Both the position numbers and the translations under genes were made by a program. Shown here one piece after another: positions 50,601 to 57,670 of a stretch of 64,000 nucleotides of DNA. The notes under the pieces were generated by a model. The model did not search any database and was not told the origin of the DNA. It saw nothing but the letters and a program-made list of their open reading frames with translations. The first letter of the stretch is position 1. Every line of letters starts with the position of its first letter. The DNA comes from Myxococcota bacterium (lineage in GTDB: Bacteria > Myxococcota_A > Bradymonadia > UBA7976 > UBA1532), in assembly GCA_036337435.1 (NCBI GenBank), contig JAYZEG010000006.1, forward strand, positions 1 to 64,000, read 5' to 3'.

Positions 50601-50812
50601 TTCAGCGCGGAAACTCAAAACAGTGTATTATTATTCCAGCGGCTAATGTTGCGCGCGGATTCTTCGTGCGTGCTGTGCCACTGGCAATCAATCGGATCCA
50701 GCAAGATGATGAGCGTCTGGATTACAGACTGCGCATTATCGACGGTGAAGACTGCGAGGTGATTCCACCAGAAACGCCTGGTGTGAATTGGCCGGTTGCG
50801 GTCGACGAATGA
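47681..50812 (+). CDS. Large lipoprotein with N-terminal Cys-rich repeats and five PPC-like beta-sandwich modules
   Basis: Lipobox LSGC; repeated C..D.DC..G.YC....C..GCR units; five modules opening D..EPN(D/N) with D.DW(F/Y) and G(D/N)LD(L/M).(L/V)Y motifs. Confidence 0.82.
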   Translation: MRANMWRALTLRNCFVFLLMLVLSGCGGDSGGGQGGTPSEPGADAGTDAALMADMDMVEADQGQIIMRCINDEMCPEDQYCRLANDRTQSVCAFGCREGNCGAGQICEDERRVCVRDPSCGTDDDCFGGEYCDDGTCADGCRVGNADDCPYDEMGRPRTCDPATHTCELQVVCCDALDQCSLELPDDCDSPLLDERGCFNPNPCTLRCMDDSDCESGFYCGEGNRCVQGCRTSGQSGCRDERICDPETRVCVRPPCAIDTDCEDDFFCDGIVCLPGCRLEPDNCRRGEYCDERRRCVSDDVPRDCADDAECQDANGPGWFCDGTDCQPPCGGHDDCPAGEACIDGRCAVGCRDDAWEPNDDQARARVLNFEANEYRSEGTPLFACGRNSDWFTFETPNEGMTIDINLQFVHAIGNLDMRLYGPDGMLIETANSRDDNESLRLASSADNVVLQGRYWLEIYGRGFDENDYSFSVTLLRGLGPDDAEPDNDAQSGTNLALPNVQQSETISDRTIHPGDQDWFSVEMGQRDGITVRLEMLGNDVGRDAELEFALFGPGLPEAGQGPIEAGVTESGDPYVEFTARQFNFLIQDGRYDIRVRGVNEDQVGRYRLFVGVSRQNILCIDDVAEPNNVGEAAFNLMDRDGFVFNGFDGQRELIPDQDLRLANLTLCDDDDDWYQVTLRENDDFEARLERLEENQRGDTEVSIYNANGNELATGLSGERNNVARIEGAAAGTYRVRLRSIGMTRTAYDLVLFRTAGPIVCGDDRYDAAGANDEQAQASPIALGSHRDLSLCGADGDEDWYRFVVAGEGVSTVTAELTFAHAQGDLDLDVYAEGEVEPLNAGIRAGHSDTDDELVRLENRGPGTYYLRVRSVGASNVRYSMNISVEAAELVCQDDPDEPNNAFVGATELGNGLVDRGEQWICERRPVDDDTFYFVIPAGAARTVSTTFLFGDDGDLFLQLFNADEMVLASTADIQRGNSKQCIIIPAANVARGFFVRAVPLAINRIQQDDERLDYRLRIIDGEDCEVIPPETPGVNWPVAVDE

Positions 50813-53800
50813 TGGGGGATGTTAACGTGGTAAAGCAAAGACTACGCTCGACGTTGCTTGTGGGGTTGGCGGTGTGCATGGCGACCGCCGCCTATGCTGA
50901 GAAGATGCCAGCCCATGTCTTTTCAGGCGGCGGCGGGAAATCTGAGACTGCAAACGGAAGTTTACGCCACTTTAGTGCCGTTGGCGTGGGCATGGCTGTC
51001 GGGGATTCCGAAAATGGGACGCATCGTGCGCATCATGGATTCCTTGGCGGTGCACGCGTGTTTGCAAATCAAGACCAAGAGCCTCCGGTTTTTGACCCAC
51101 CCCTCGCTGACATAGAAGTCGCTGTTGGACAAGACAACTGCATCGCAGATGTCGAGATTCCAAATGTTCGAGCCACCGACGACCGTGATAGAAACCCATC
51201 GATCAGCTTGGTTCTCGTCATTGATGCAAACCGTGAAATCGATGTCGATCCAGGGGAAACGGTCGGCCTCGAACCCGGAAGTTACGACGTTCTCGCCGTG
51301 GCCACTGACAGCCGTGGTAATGAGACACGTGGCTCTTTCATTATCGACGTTGTTGACGATGTCGCACCGGTCGTTGCAGCACCCATTCCTAACCCGACGC
51401 CTGTCGGAGGGGAGGCTGAGGCGACATCACCCGCTGGGACTCGCGTTGCCATCAACTTCACGTGTCGGGACAATTGTGACCAGAATCCTGACGAAGGCGA
51501 CGTTCGAGAAGTCTTTCCATTCGGTGAAAGCCAAGTGCAGCTCCTGTGTACCGACGAATCCGGTAATGAAAGTGCGACGCCTGTCACCATTCGTGTCGTC
51601 GACACCCAAGGACCGACTGTGGTCGGACAGGTACCGGACCGATTCGAAATTGCTTGCAACTCGGCCGAGGGTGCTCGGATCGCTGTACCTCAGGTCATTT
51701 GGTCGGATAACGGCAGTTTAGCCCAAGATTTGGTTCAAAGTCTGACGATAAATCCAGGTGCCAATGAGCAATCGTTTAATGTGTTGCCGGAGACCATTAC
51801 TCTCGCGGTCGGCGAGCATACCCTGAGGTATGTTGCAACGGATACCTCCAATAACAGTTCGACTGTGGATGTGGGCGTGGTCGTCACCGATACGGGTGTT
51901 CCGAGAATTGAGGTATCGGACCTTCCAGAGACGGGTTGGTTTGGGCAGGATGCCTCTTTTACGTTCCGCGTGGTCGACGACTGCGGTGCTCCGGATAATT
52001 TGGATGTTGCCATCGAACCAGCACCATCGACCATCGTGCGTAACGGCAATGACATCACCATTAGCTATGAAGACGATGGCCGATATGCATTGATTATCTC
52101 CGTGACCGATGAAGGGGGCAACACCGCACGTGACAACTCTGTCTCTTTCGGTATTGATCGGACGGCACCGGAAGTGTCGATTGCGTCTCCCAGTCAGCGT
52201 GGCGTAGATGGAGACAACACGCTCACCTATCCGTTTTTTGGACAAGGACAATCTCTCGGTTTGAGCGTGGGTGCTGAAGACGAGGGTGATGGGCTGCCAT
52301 CCGGTATTCGTAGCATCCGCGTGGTCGCGGATCCGGGCGAATTCTTCCAAAAGGTTTTGGCGGAGCGAACGTTTAATGGAGCGGGTCTCCCGATTCGTGG
52401 CGACCGCAGCGTGCAAAATATCGCTTGCGATAGCCAAGAACAGGTTGCGGGGCAGCCTGTCTGTACAGACGGTGCGATCTCACTCCGGTTTTTGGAGCCT
52501 GGAAACCGTGTCATCCGAATCGAAGCCATCGACTTTGCGGGCAATGTCGGATCGACCAATGCCTATTTTATTAACAGCAACCTAGGCGCGGCTATGCGGC
52601 GGGTTCGGGATACCTTAAATAACATCGCCAATCCGTGTGATACGTGCCCTGCCAACGATGACATCGACGCAGCACCGCTCTTACGTCTAGCCCGTAAGCT
52701 CGGTGACGGTGCGCACATGACCGACCGTGGCTATGCTCAGGCTCCTTACGGAACTTCGATTTTCCTCGGCGGTGCATTGAAAGCGACCCAATCTGCTATG
52801 GCCGATCTCGTCGCGCTCATCCGGGATACTGATGATGCAGCCCAGCTGACCGTTTATAATCAACAAGCCAGGATGCTGGTCAGAGCGGCCAGTTCAGACC
52901 TTAGCCTGTACAATGAATGGATCCAGGGGATGAATCCAGCTCGCGGCCAAGCGCGTTATGTCCGTATTGGATACGATGTTGACATGCAATTTGTCTCTGA
53001 CAATCTCGATGCGATGAGTGCGGCCATCGAAGGCGACCAATACAGTCAGGCGATGTCAAACGCCATGTCGGCATTTTTTCATCAGAAGCTTGCGCACCAA
53101 CTTTGGCTCATGGACTACGACGAAGTGCCGACGCCTCAGGAAGATGTCGATGGTGAAGTGGATCGGTTCAGTCCGAACTACATCCAATACGCCAAGGGAC
53201 GCGCTGTACTCGGTGCCATTCGTGATGAGTTAACCGAGTATCTGGGCCTCATCAACAAGCCGGCAGAACAAACCATGACCCAGATTCGGAATCGACTCAG
53301 TGCAGTCGTGGAGTCCCTCGACCTGCTACTTGACCAGGGCATCGCCAATGGCCTTGAGGACAGCGAGTACTTGGAAGCGTTGCTAGACTTAAGGTCGGTT
53401 GCGCGAAATTCGTCCCTCGCTGGTAACGAAGGGGCCTACGTCCGCGTTTATCAATTTGCCATCATGCAGGTGGTCCGCTGGATGACGCATTTCTCGCTGT
53501 CGACGGCCCAGCTTTTCGACGAGGCCGCAGCCGGAAACCAAATGTACCAGTATGCACAAAGCAGTATCGATGATGGGATTCAATTACTCGATAATCGGGA
53601 AATTCAGGCTGTGATCAATCTCTACGGAGACACAGAACGCGCGCTCTGTCCTATTATTGGAATCTATCACTGCTGGTTTTTGCGCGATGAGCAAGCCCTG
53701 CTGAATCAGAACGACAGAGATGCGCCGATTCCCGATGATGACATTCCGGACGAATGCCTCGATATGGGCATGCTCCTGCCATCTGAATGGGCAGCAGCAC

Positions 53801-53853
53801 CAGAAGGGGAGCAGCTACCCCAATGTCGGATGACACCACCAGACGGTAATTGA
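50809..53853 (+). CDS. Secreted protein with about five HYR/Ig-like domains and a helical C-terminal half
   Basis: Signal peptide ending AYA; repeats DQEPP, DDVAP, DTQGP, DTGVP and DRTAP with ATD..GN motifs; ATG 50809 overlaps the upstream TGA. Confidence 0.8.
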   Translation: MMGDVNVVKQRLRSTLLVGLAVCMATAAYAEKMPAHVFSGGGGKSETANGSLRHFSAVGVGMAVGDSENGTHRAHHGFLGGARVFANQDQEPPVFDPPLADIEVAVGQDNCIADVEIPNVRATDDRDRNPSISLVLVIDANREIDVDPGETVGLEPGSYDVLAVATDSRGNETRGSFIIDVVDDVAPVVAAPIPNPTPVGGEAEATSPAGTRVAINFTCRDNCDQNPDEGDVREVFPFGESQVQLLCTDESGNESATPVTIRVVDTQGPTVVGQVPDRFEIACNSAEGARIAVPQVIWSDNGSLAQDLVQSLTINPGANEQSFNVLPETITLAVGEHTLRYVATDTSNNSSTVDVGVVVTDTGVPRIEVSDLPETGWFGQDASFTFRVVDDCGAPDNLDVAIEPAPSTIVRNGNDITISYEDDGRYALIISVTDEGGNTARDNSVSFGIDRTAPEVSIASPSQRGVDGDNTLTYPFFGQGQSLGLSVGAEDEGDGLPSGIRSIRVVADPGEFFQKVLAERTFNGAGLPIRGDRSVQNIACDSQEQVAGQPVCTDGAISLRFLEPGNRVIRIEAIDFAGNVGSTNAYFINSNLGAAMRRVRDTLNNIANPCDTCPANDDIDAAPLLRLARKLGDGAHMTDRGYAQAPYGTSIFLGGALKATQSAMADLVALIRDTDDAAQLTVYNQQARMLVRAASSDLSLYNEWIQGMNPARGQARYVRIGYDVDMQFVSDNLDAMSAAIEGDQYSQAMSNAMSAFFHQKLAHQLWLMDYDEVPTPQEDVDGEVDRFSPNYIQYAKGRAVLGAIRDELTEYLGLINKPAEQTMTQIRNRLSAVVESLDLLLDQGIANGLEDSEYLEALLDLRSVARNSSLAGNEGAYVRVYQFAIMQVVRWMTHFSLSTAQLFDEAAAGNQMYQYAQSSIDDGIQLLDNREIQAVINLYGDTERALCPIIGIYHCWFLRDEQALLNQNDRDAPIPDDDIPDECLDMGMLLPSEWAAAPEGEQLPQCRMTPPDGN

Positions 53854-53940
53854 CATAGCTTATTGAGGGACGACTCAAGACGGGTTGTCCGCTCACAATC
53901 GAGTGCTTGTGACGATTGTATGCCGCTTCTGTAACAACTT

Positions 53941-53982
53941 TTGACTCATTTTGTTGACGGCTGATCTAATTCGCTGTATCAC
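53941..53982 (+). promoter_or_regulatory. Two overlapping sigma70-type promoter candidates for the Gly-rich lipoprotein gene
   Basis: TTGACT-N18-TCTAAT (53941-53970) and TTGACG-N17-TATCAC (53954-53982). Confidence 0.5.
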
Positions 53983-54042
53983 CCACGATGCCGGGGTAGA
54001 CTTTTTTTTTTTAGCCTCGGAAGGAAAACCAAATCGGGGATA

Positions 54043-54936
54043 ATGATGAAGAATTTTCAATTGATTGCGTGCCTTTTTGCGGCATTTGCTTTCGCGTCTG
54101 TTTCGACAGGTTGTAGCGATGATGATAACGATCATGACCATGGTGGTGCTGGTGCCGAGGGCGGTACTGGTGGTGCCGGTGCTGAAGGTGGTGCTGGTGG
54201 TGGAAACGTACCAGCGAGCCCAGACTGCCCAGCTGAAGGCGACAAGTGTCCTGCAGCTTGCACGTATCTTGCAGCCTGCGCCGTCAATAGTGGCATCTGC
54301 GAGGGCTATGAGGCTGGCAACGAAGAGACACAAACCGCCATCTACGAGAGTTGTCTAGAGACATGCGCAGGTCTGCCTGTACAGGCAACACTGGTTTGTG
54401 GACACACGATGTGCAGCCAGACAATTTCCTTAGCCACCGGTGCGAGCTAAGATTTCAAGAACGGCTGTGAAGGCACAACTGGTGCTGGCGGCGAAGGCGG
54501 TGCTGGTGCTGAGGGCGGTGCTGGTGGTGCTGGTGCTGAAGGCGGTGCCGGTGGTGCTGGTGCTGAAGGCGGTGCTGGCGGAGCCGGCGCTGAAGGTGGT
54601 GCTGGTGGAGCTGGTGCTGAAGGTGGTGCTGGTGGTGCTGGTGCTGCAGGCGGTGCTGGTGGAGCTGGCGCTGCAGGCGGTGCTGGTGGAGCTGGCGCTG
54701 CAGGTGGTGCCGGTGGTGCTGGCGCTGCAGGTGGTGCCGGTGGTGCTGGTGCTGAAGGCGGTGCTGGTGGTGCTGGCGCCGAAGGCGGTGCAGGCGGTGC
54801 TGGTGCTGAAGGCGGTGCTGGTGGAGCTGGTGCCGAAGGCGGTGCTGGTGGAGCTGGTGCCGAAGGTGGTGCTGGTGGAGCTGGCGCCGAAGGTGGTGCT
54901 GGTGGCGCTGGTGCTGAAGGCGGCATGGCTGAATAA
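54043..54936 (+). pseudogene. Cys-rich lipoprotein with Gly/Ala repeat tail, interrupted by one in-frame TAA (54448-54450)
   Basis: Lipobox STGC; the frame continues after TAA as DFKNGCEGTTGAGGEGGAGAE(GGAGGAGA[E/A])15GGMAE*; the same repeat occurs before the stop (GGAGAEGGTGGAGAEGGAGGG). Confidence 0.65.
54514..54918 (+). repeat. 15 x 27-bp coding tandem repeat, GGN GGT GCN GGN GGN GCN GGN GCN G(A/C)A
   Basis: Counted directly: units 1-4 end in Glu, units 5-8 in Ala, units 9-15 in Glu; all other variation is at third codon positions of the Gly/Ala frame. Confidence 0.95.
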
Positions 54937-55010
54937 GCACCTCAAACCGACCTAGTCTTTCTCGTGCTGTGAGGTACGGTGGCCTAGGACGGGTCGAGCG
55001 TTTTGAGATC

Positions 55011-55044
55011 GGGGTACCTAATGGCTAGGTACCCCTTTTTTTTT
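55011..55044 (+). terminator. Intrinsic terminator for the plus-strand transcript, overlapping the hrpB 3' end
   Basis: Perfect 10-bp stem GGGGTACCTA-atggc-TAGGTACCCC followed by T9. Confidence 0.8.
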
Positions 55045-57528
55045 GCGGCGGCCCAGGCCTGGGGCAGCTTTGATTGGGTCATCCGGCCAAGGATGCTTCG
55101 GGTATCGACCTCGAAGTTCTTTACGTACTTGTGGATAGGTCTCTCGCCAGAAATTGGATAAGTCTCGCGTCATTTGTATGGGCCGCATATTTGGCGCGAG
55201 CAAATGAAGCAAAACGGTCTCGCCTGCGACCGTTGGCGTTTCATCCAGCCCGAATAGACGTTCAAATCGTGTTGCCAGCACCACAGATCCGTCTTCAGCG
55301 TAATTCAACGTTTTCTTGGAGCCGTCTGGCAATGTCATCGACTCGGGTGCATGTTGGTTGAGCAGGCTTGCGAGGTCGAACCCAATGAGGCCAGTGATGT
55401 AGGCCACCAAGTCTATAGATTGCAACTCGGTAAAGCTCTTATGGCCAGCACATAGCAGCAGCAGCTGCGAGCAGACGTCTGGTCCCGACTTTAAAAAAGA
55501 CAATTCCGGTAGTCCGATGGACGGTCGTTTGTTCCGAAGCCAATTGTAGCGCTCAATAAATTGAAGTTTAGTTGAGCCTTCAACAAGGCCAAATGCGTGT
55601 TCCGGCATCATTGCAGCCGCCCGTGCTAAGCGTTCCGTACAGTCGGGCGAGTTGGGGTCTACCGGTGCGGCTGAACTCGAAATAATCAAATCTAAGTGAC
55701 GATGTACAAAGCGTGCTTGAACGCGACTTGCCGTTTGATCCCACTCGTATTCCAACCTTTCTTCCAAATTGAGCTCGTCCAAATCGATGCGATGAGCCAA
55801 ATCGATGGTGTGGACGCTGTGTCCATTACGGCGAGTTGGACGCAGGCTTAGAGCACAGATGAATTGGGATGATTTGACGATGCTTTTATCCGAAAGAATC
55901 GCCCCTTTGCCCGAGGCGAGCAGAAAACGATTCTCACCCGGTTGGCGCCGGACACCGAGGCGTTCGGGAAACGCGCGCAAGAAATGATGTCCGAGTCCTT
56001 GGCTGTTTTGCAGGACCGGTCGCTCGAGCTCGTCAATCTTTGTCAACTTGAGTATTTCATCCCGGGCCTTAATGATTTCGTTGGCTGCTTGTCTGTTGAC
56101 GCCAGGGAATATTCGACCGTCTTGGACACCCTGTAGTAACTCATAACGAATTGTGAAATCACTCTCACCGACTGAATCCACAGCGCCGGATATAAAATCT
56201 CGACCACTCAAGAGAGCCACCAGAGTCGCTACTTCGGTAAGGTCTAATGTGCCCACTGCGCCTAACAATAAGCCGCCCAGCCTTGGGTGAAGCGGGAGCT
56301 TTACCAGTGCACGTCCAGTTCGGGTCATCCCGCGTTCATCGATTGCTTCGAGCCTCCTCAAGACTGACAAGGCATGTTGTACTGGCTCGTGTTTCGGTTT
56401 TTCAAACCAGCCAAATGCGTCGACCTTGCTGCCCCAGGAACGGACTTGTAAAACGGTCTGGGTAAGGTCCAATCGATGAAGCTCAGGTCGCAGTGCCGGT
56501 CGCATCGAATTTTGAACCGATGTACTCCAAAGCCGGTAGCAGACGCCCGGACCGGTGCGACCAGCTCGACCCTTTCTCTGGTCGGCAGCATGCTTGTCGA
56601 TGCGAACGGTCTCCAGTCGATCTAGGCCAAGGGCTGGGTCGAAACTTGGTTGTCGGGCAAGCCCCATGTCCACGACCGCACTGACCCCATCGATAGTCAA
56701 CGATGTCTCGGCGATATTGGTAGCGACGACGACTTTTCTTAGGCCTGTTTCAGCAAAAGCCTGATCTTGTTCTCGTGGTTTGAGCCGACCATGGAGGGGG
56801 ATTACCTGATATTGATTGGGATCGACGTTTAGGGCGTTTACGACTCTGTCTATTTCATTTACGCCGGGACAGAAGACGAGGACGTGCCCTTGGACCTGTT
56901 CGCGGAGGGCTTTTAGAATGGTTTTAGTCGTATGGGCGATGAGAACCTGCGGGTTCGCAGCTGGCTCATACAGCACTTTTACTGAATGTGCTTTTCCAGA
57001 TACCTCGAAGACCCTTGCATCCAAGAACGCAGCGACTGGTTTAGGGTCTAGGGTCGCAGACATAACGAGAATTGAGAGCTCTGGGCGCAGACTGTTTTGA
57101 ACTTCCCTGACCATAGCCAGGTTCAAATCAGTTGCTAAACTGCGTTCATGAAACTCGTCGAAGATGACCATGGAGACCCCTGTGAGAGTTGGGTCGCGCT
57201 GAATTTGTCTGAGTAAGATGCCTTCGGTGACGATTTCAATTTTAGTCTGCTGCGAAATTTTTCGATCAAACCTCACTCTATAGCCCACCGAATTACCGAG
57301 GTTTGAACCAGTCAAATACGCCATGTACTTGGCGGTCGACCGCGCCGCTATCCGTCGGGGTTGACAGACGATGATCTTGCCGTCCGGATGATCAAGGAAA
57401 GCCAGGGGCACGCGGGTCGTCTTTCCAGAGCCGGGTGCAGCAATGATGACGGCATTCCGTCTGTTATCGATGCACGCTTTGATGGCGTTTAAATGGGCAT
57501 CGATCGGCAATGTCGCTTGAAAGGACAT
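55018..57528 (-). CDS. hrpB: ATP-dependent DEAH-box RNA helicase HrpB
   Basis: APGSGKTT, DEFHER, MSAT, ATNIAETSLTI, QRKGRAGR and the HrpB C-terminus LLAPNMRP.Q.T.DL..FW...Y..VRKELRGRYPKHPWPDDP. Start moved to ATG 57528. Confidence 0.96.
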   Translation of the reverse strand: MSFQATLPIDAHLNAIKACIDNRRNAVIIAAPGSGKTTRVPLAFLDHPDGKIIVCQPRRIAARSTAKYMAYLTGSNLGNSVGYRVRFDRKISQQTKIEIVTEGILLRQIQRDPTLTGVSMVIFDEFHERSLATDLNLAMVREVQNSLRPELSILVMSATLDPKPVAAFLDARVFEVSGKAHSVKVLYEPAANPQVLIAHTTKTILKALREQVQGHVLVFCPGVNEIDRVVNALNVDPNQYQVIPLHGRLKPREQDQAFAETGLRKVVVATNIAETSLTIDGVSAVVDMGLARQPSFDPALGLDRLETVRIDKHAADQRKGRAGRTGPGVCYRLWSTSVQNSMRPALRPELHRLDLTQTVLQVRSWGSKVDAFGWFEKPKHEPVQHALSVLRRLEAIDERGMTRTGRALVKLPLHPRLGGLLLGAVGTLDLTEVATLVALLSGRDFISGAVDSVGESDFTIRYELLQGVQDGRIFPGVNRQAANEIIKARDEILKLTKIDELERPVLQNSQGLGHHFLRAFPERLGVRRQPGENRFLLASGKGAILSDKSIVKSSQFICALSLRPTRRNGHSVHTIDLAHRIDLDELNLEERLEYEWDQTASRVQARFVHRHLDLIISSSAAPVDPNSPDCTERLARAAAMMPEHAFGLVEGSTKLQFIERYNWLRNKRPSIGLPELSFLKSGPDVCSQLLLLCAGHKSFTELQSIDLVAYITGLIGFDLASLLNQHAPESMTLPDGSKKTLNYAEDGSVVLATRFERLFGLDETPTVAGETVLLHLLAPNMRPIQMTRDLSNFWRETYPQVRKELRGRYPKHPWPDDPIKAAPGLGRRKKKGVPSH

Positions 57529-57670
57529 GTCCGAATCTAGCCCTCCAGACTTTTGATTACCAGTTCTCTCCTTATGATTTGAGTTTGATTTGCGAGAGTA
57601 TCTAGATCTAGTCTGAGGTGATGGTCTGACCGACCAGGTATCCATTAAAGAGAAACGGGCTTAACTGCTT

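Noticed and set aside
54448..54450. Selenocysteine, pyrrolysine or genome-wide stop reassignment explaining the internal stop
   Set aside because: The codon is TAA, not TGA or TAG, and TAA ends many intact genes in this window (e.g. 3302, 11536, 18375, 38463).
54514..54918. 27-bp repeat as a CRISPR array
   Set aside because: The units are head-to-tail with no unique spacers, vary at codon third positions, and no cas genes are present.
54430..54955. ORF-track proteins rich in His/Gln, Pro/Ala, Val/Leu or Ser/Thr over the 27-bp repeat
   Set aside because: These are shadow frames. Repeat variation is synonymous in the plus-strand Gly/Ala frame, which also continues the upstream lipoprotein; the Pro/Ala ORF is simply its codon-aligned antisense.
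57529..57645. N-terminal extension of HrpB
   Set aside because: HrpB similarity starts at LPID just after ATG 57528, which has a GGAGGG RBS; the region is better read as the divergent promoter interval.
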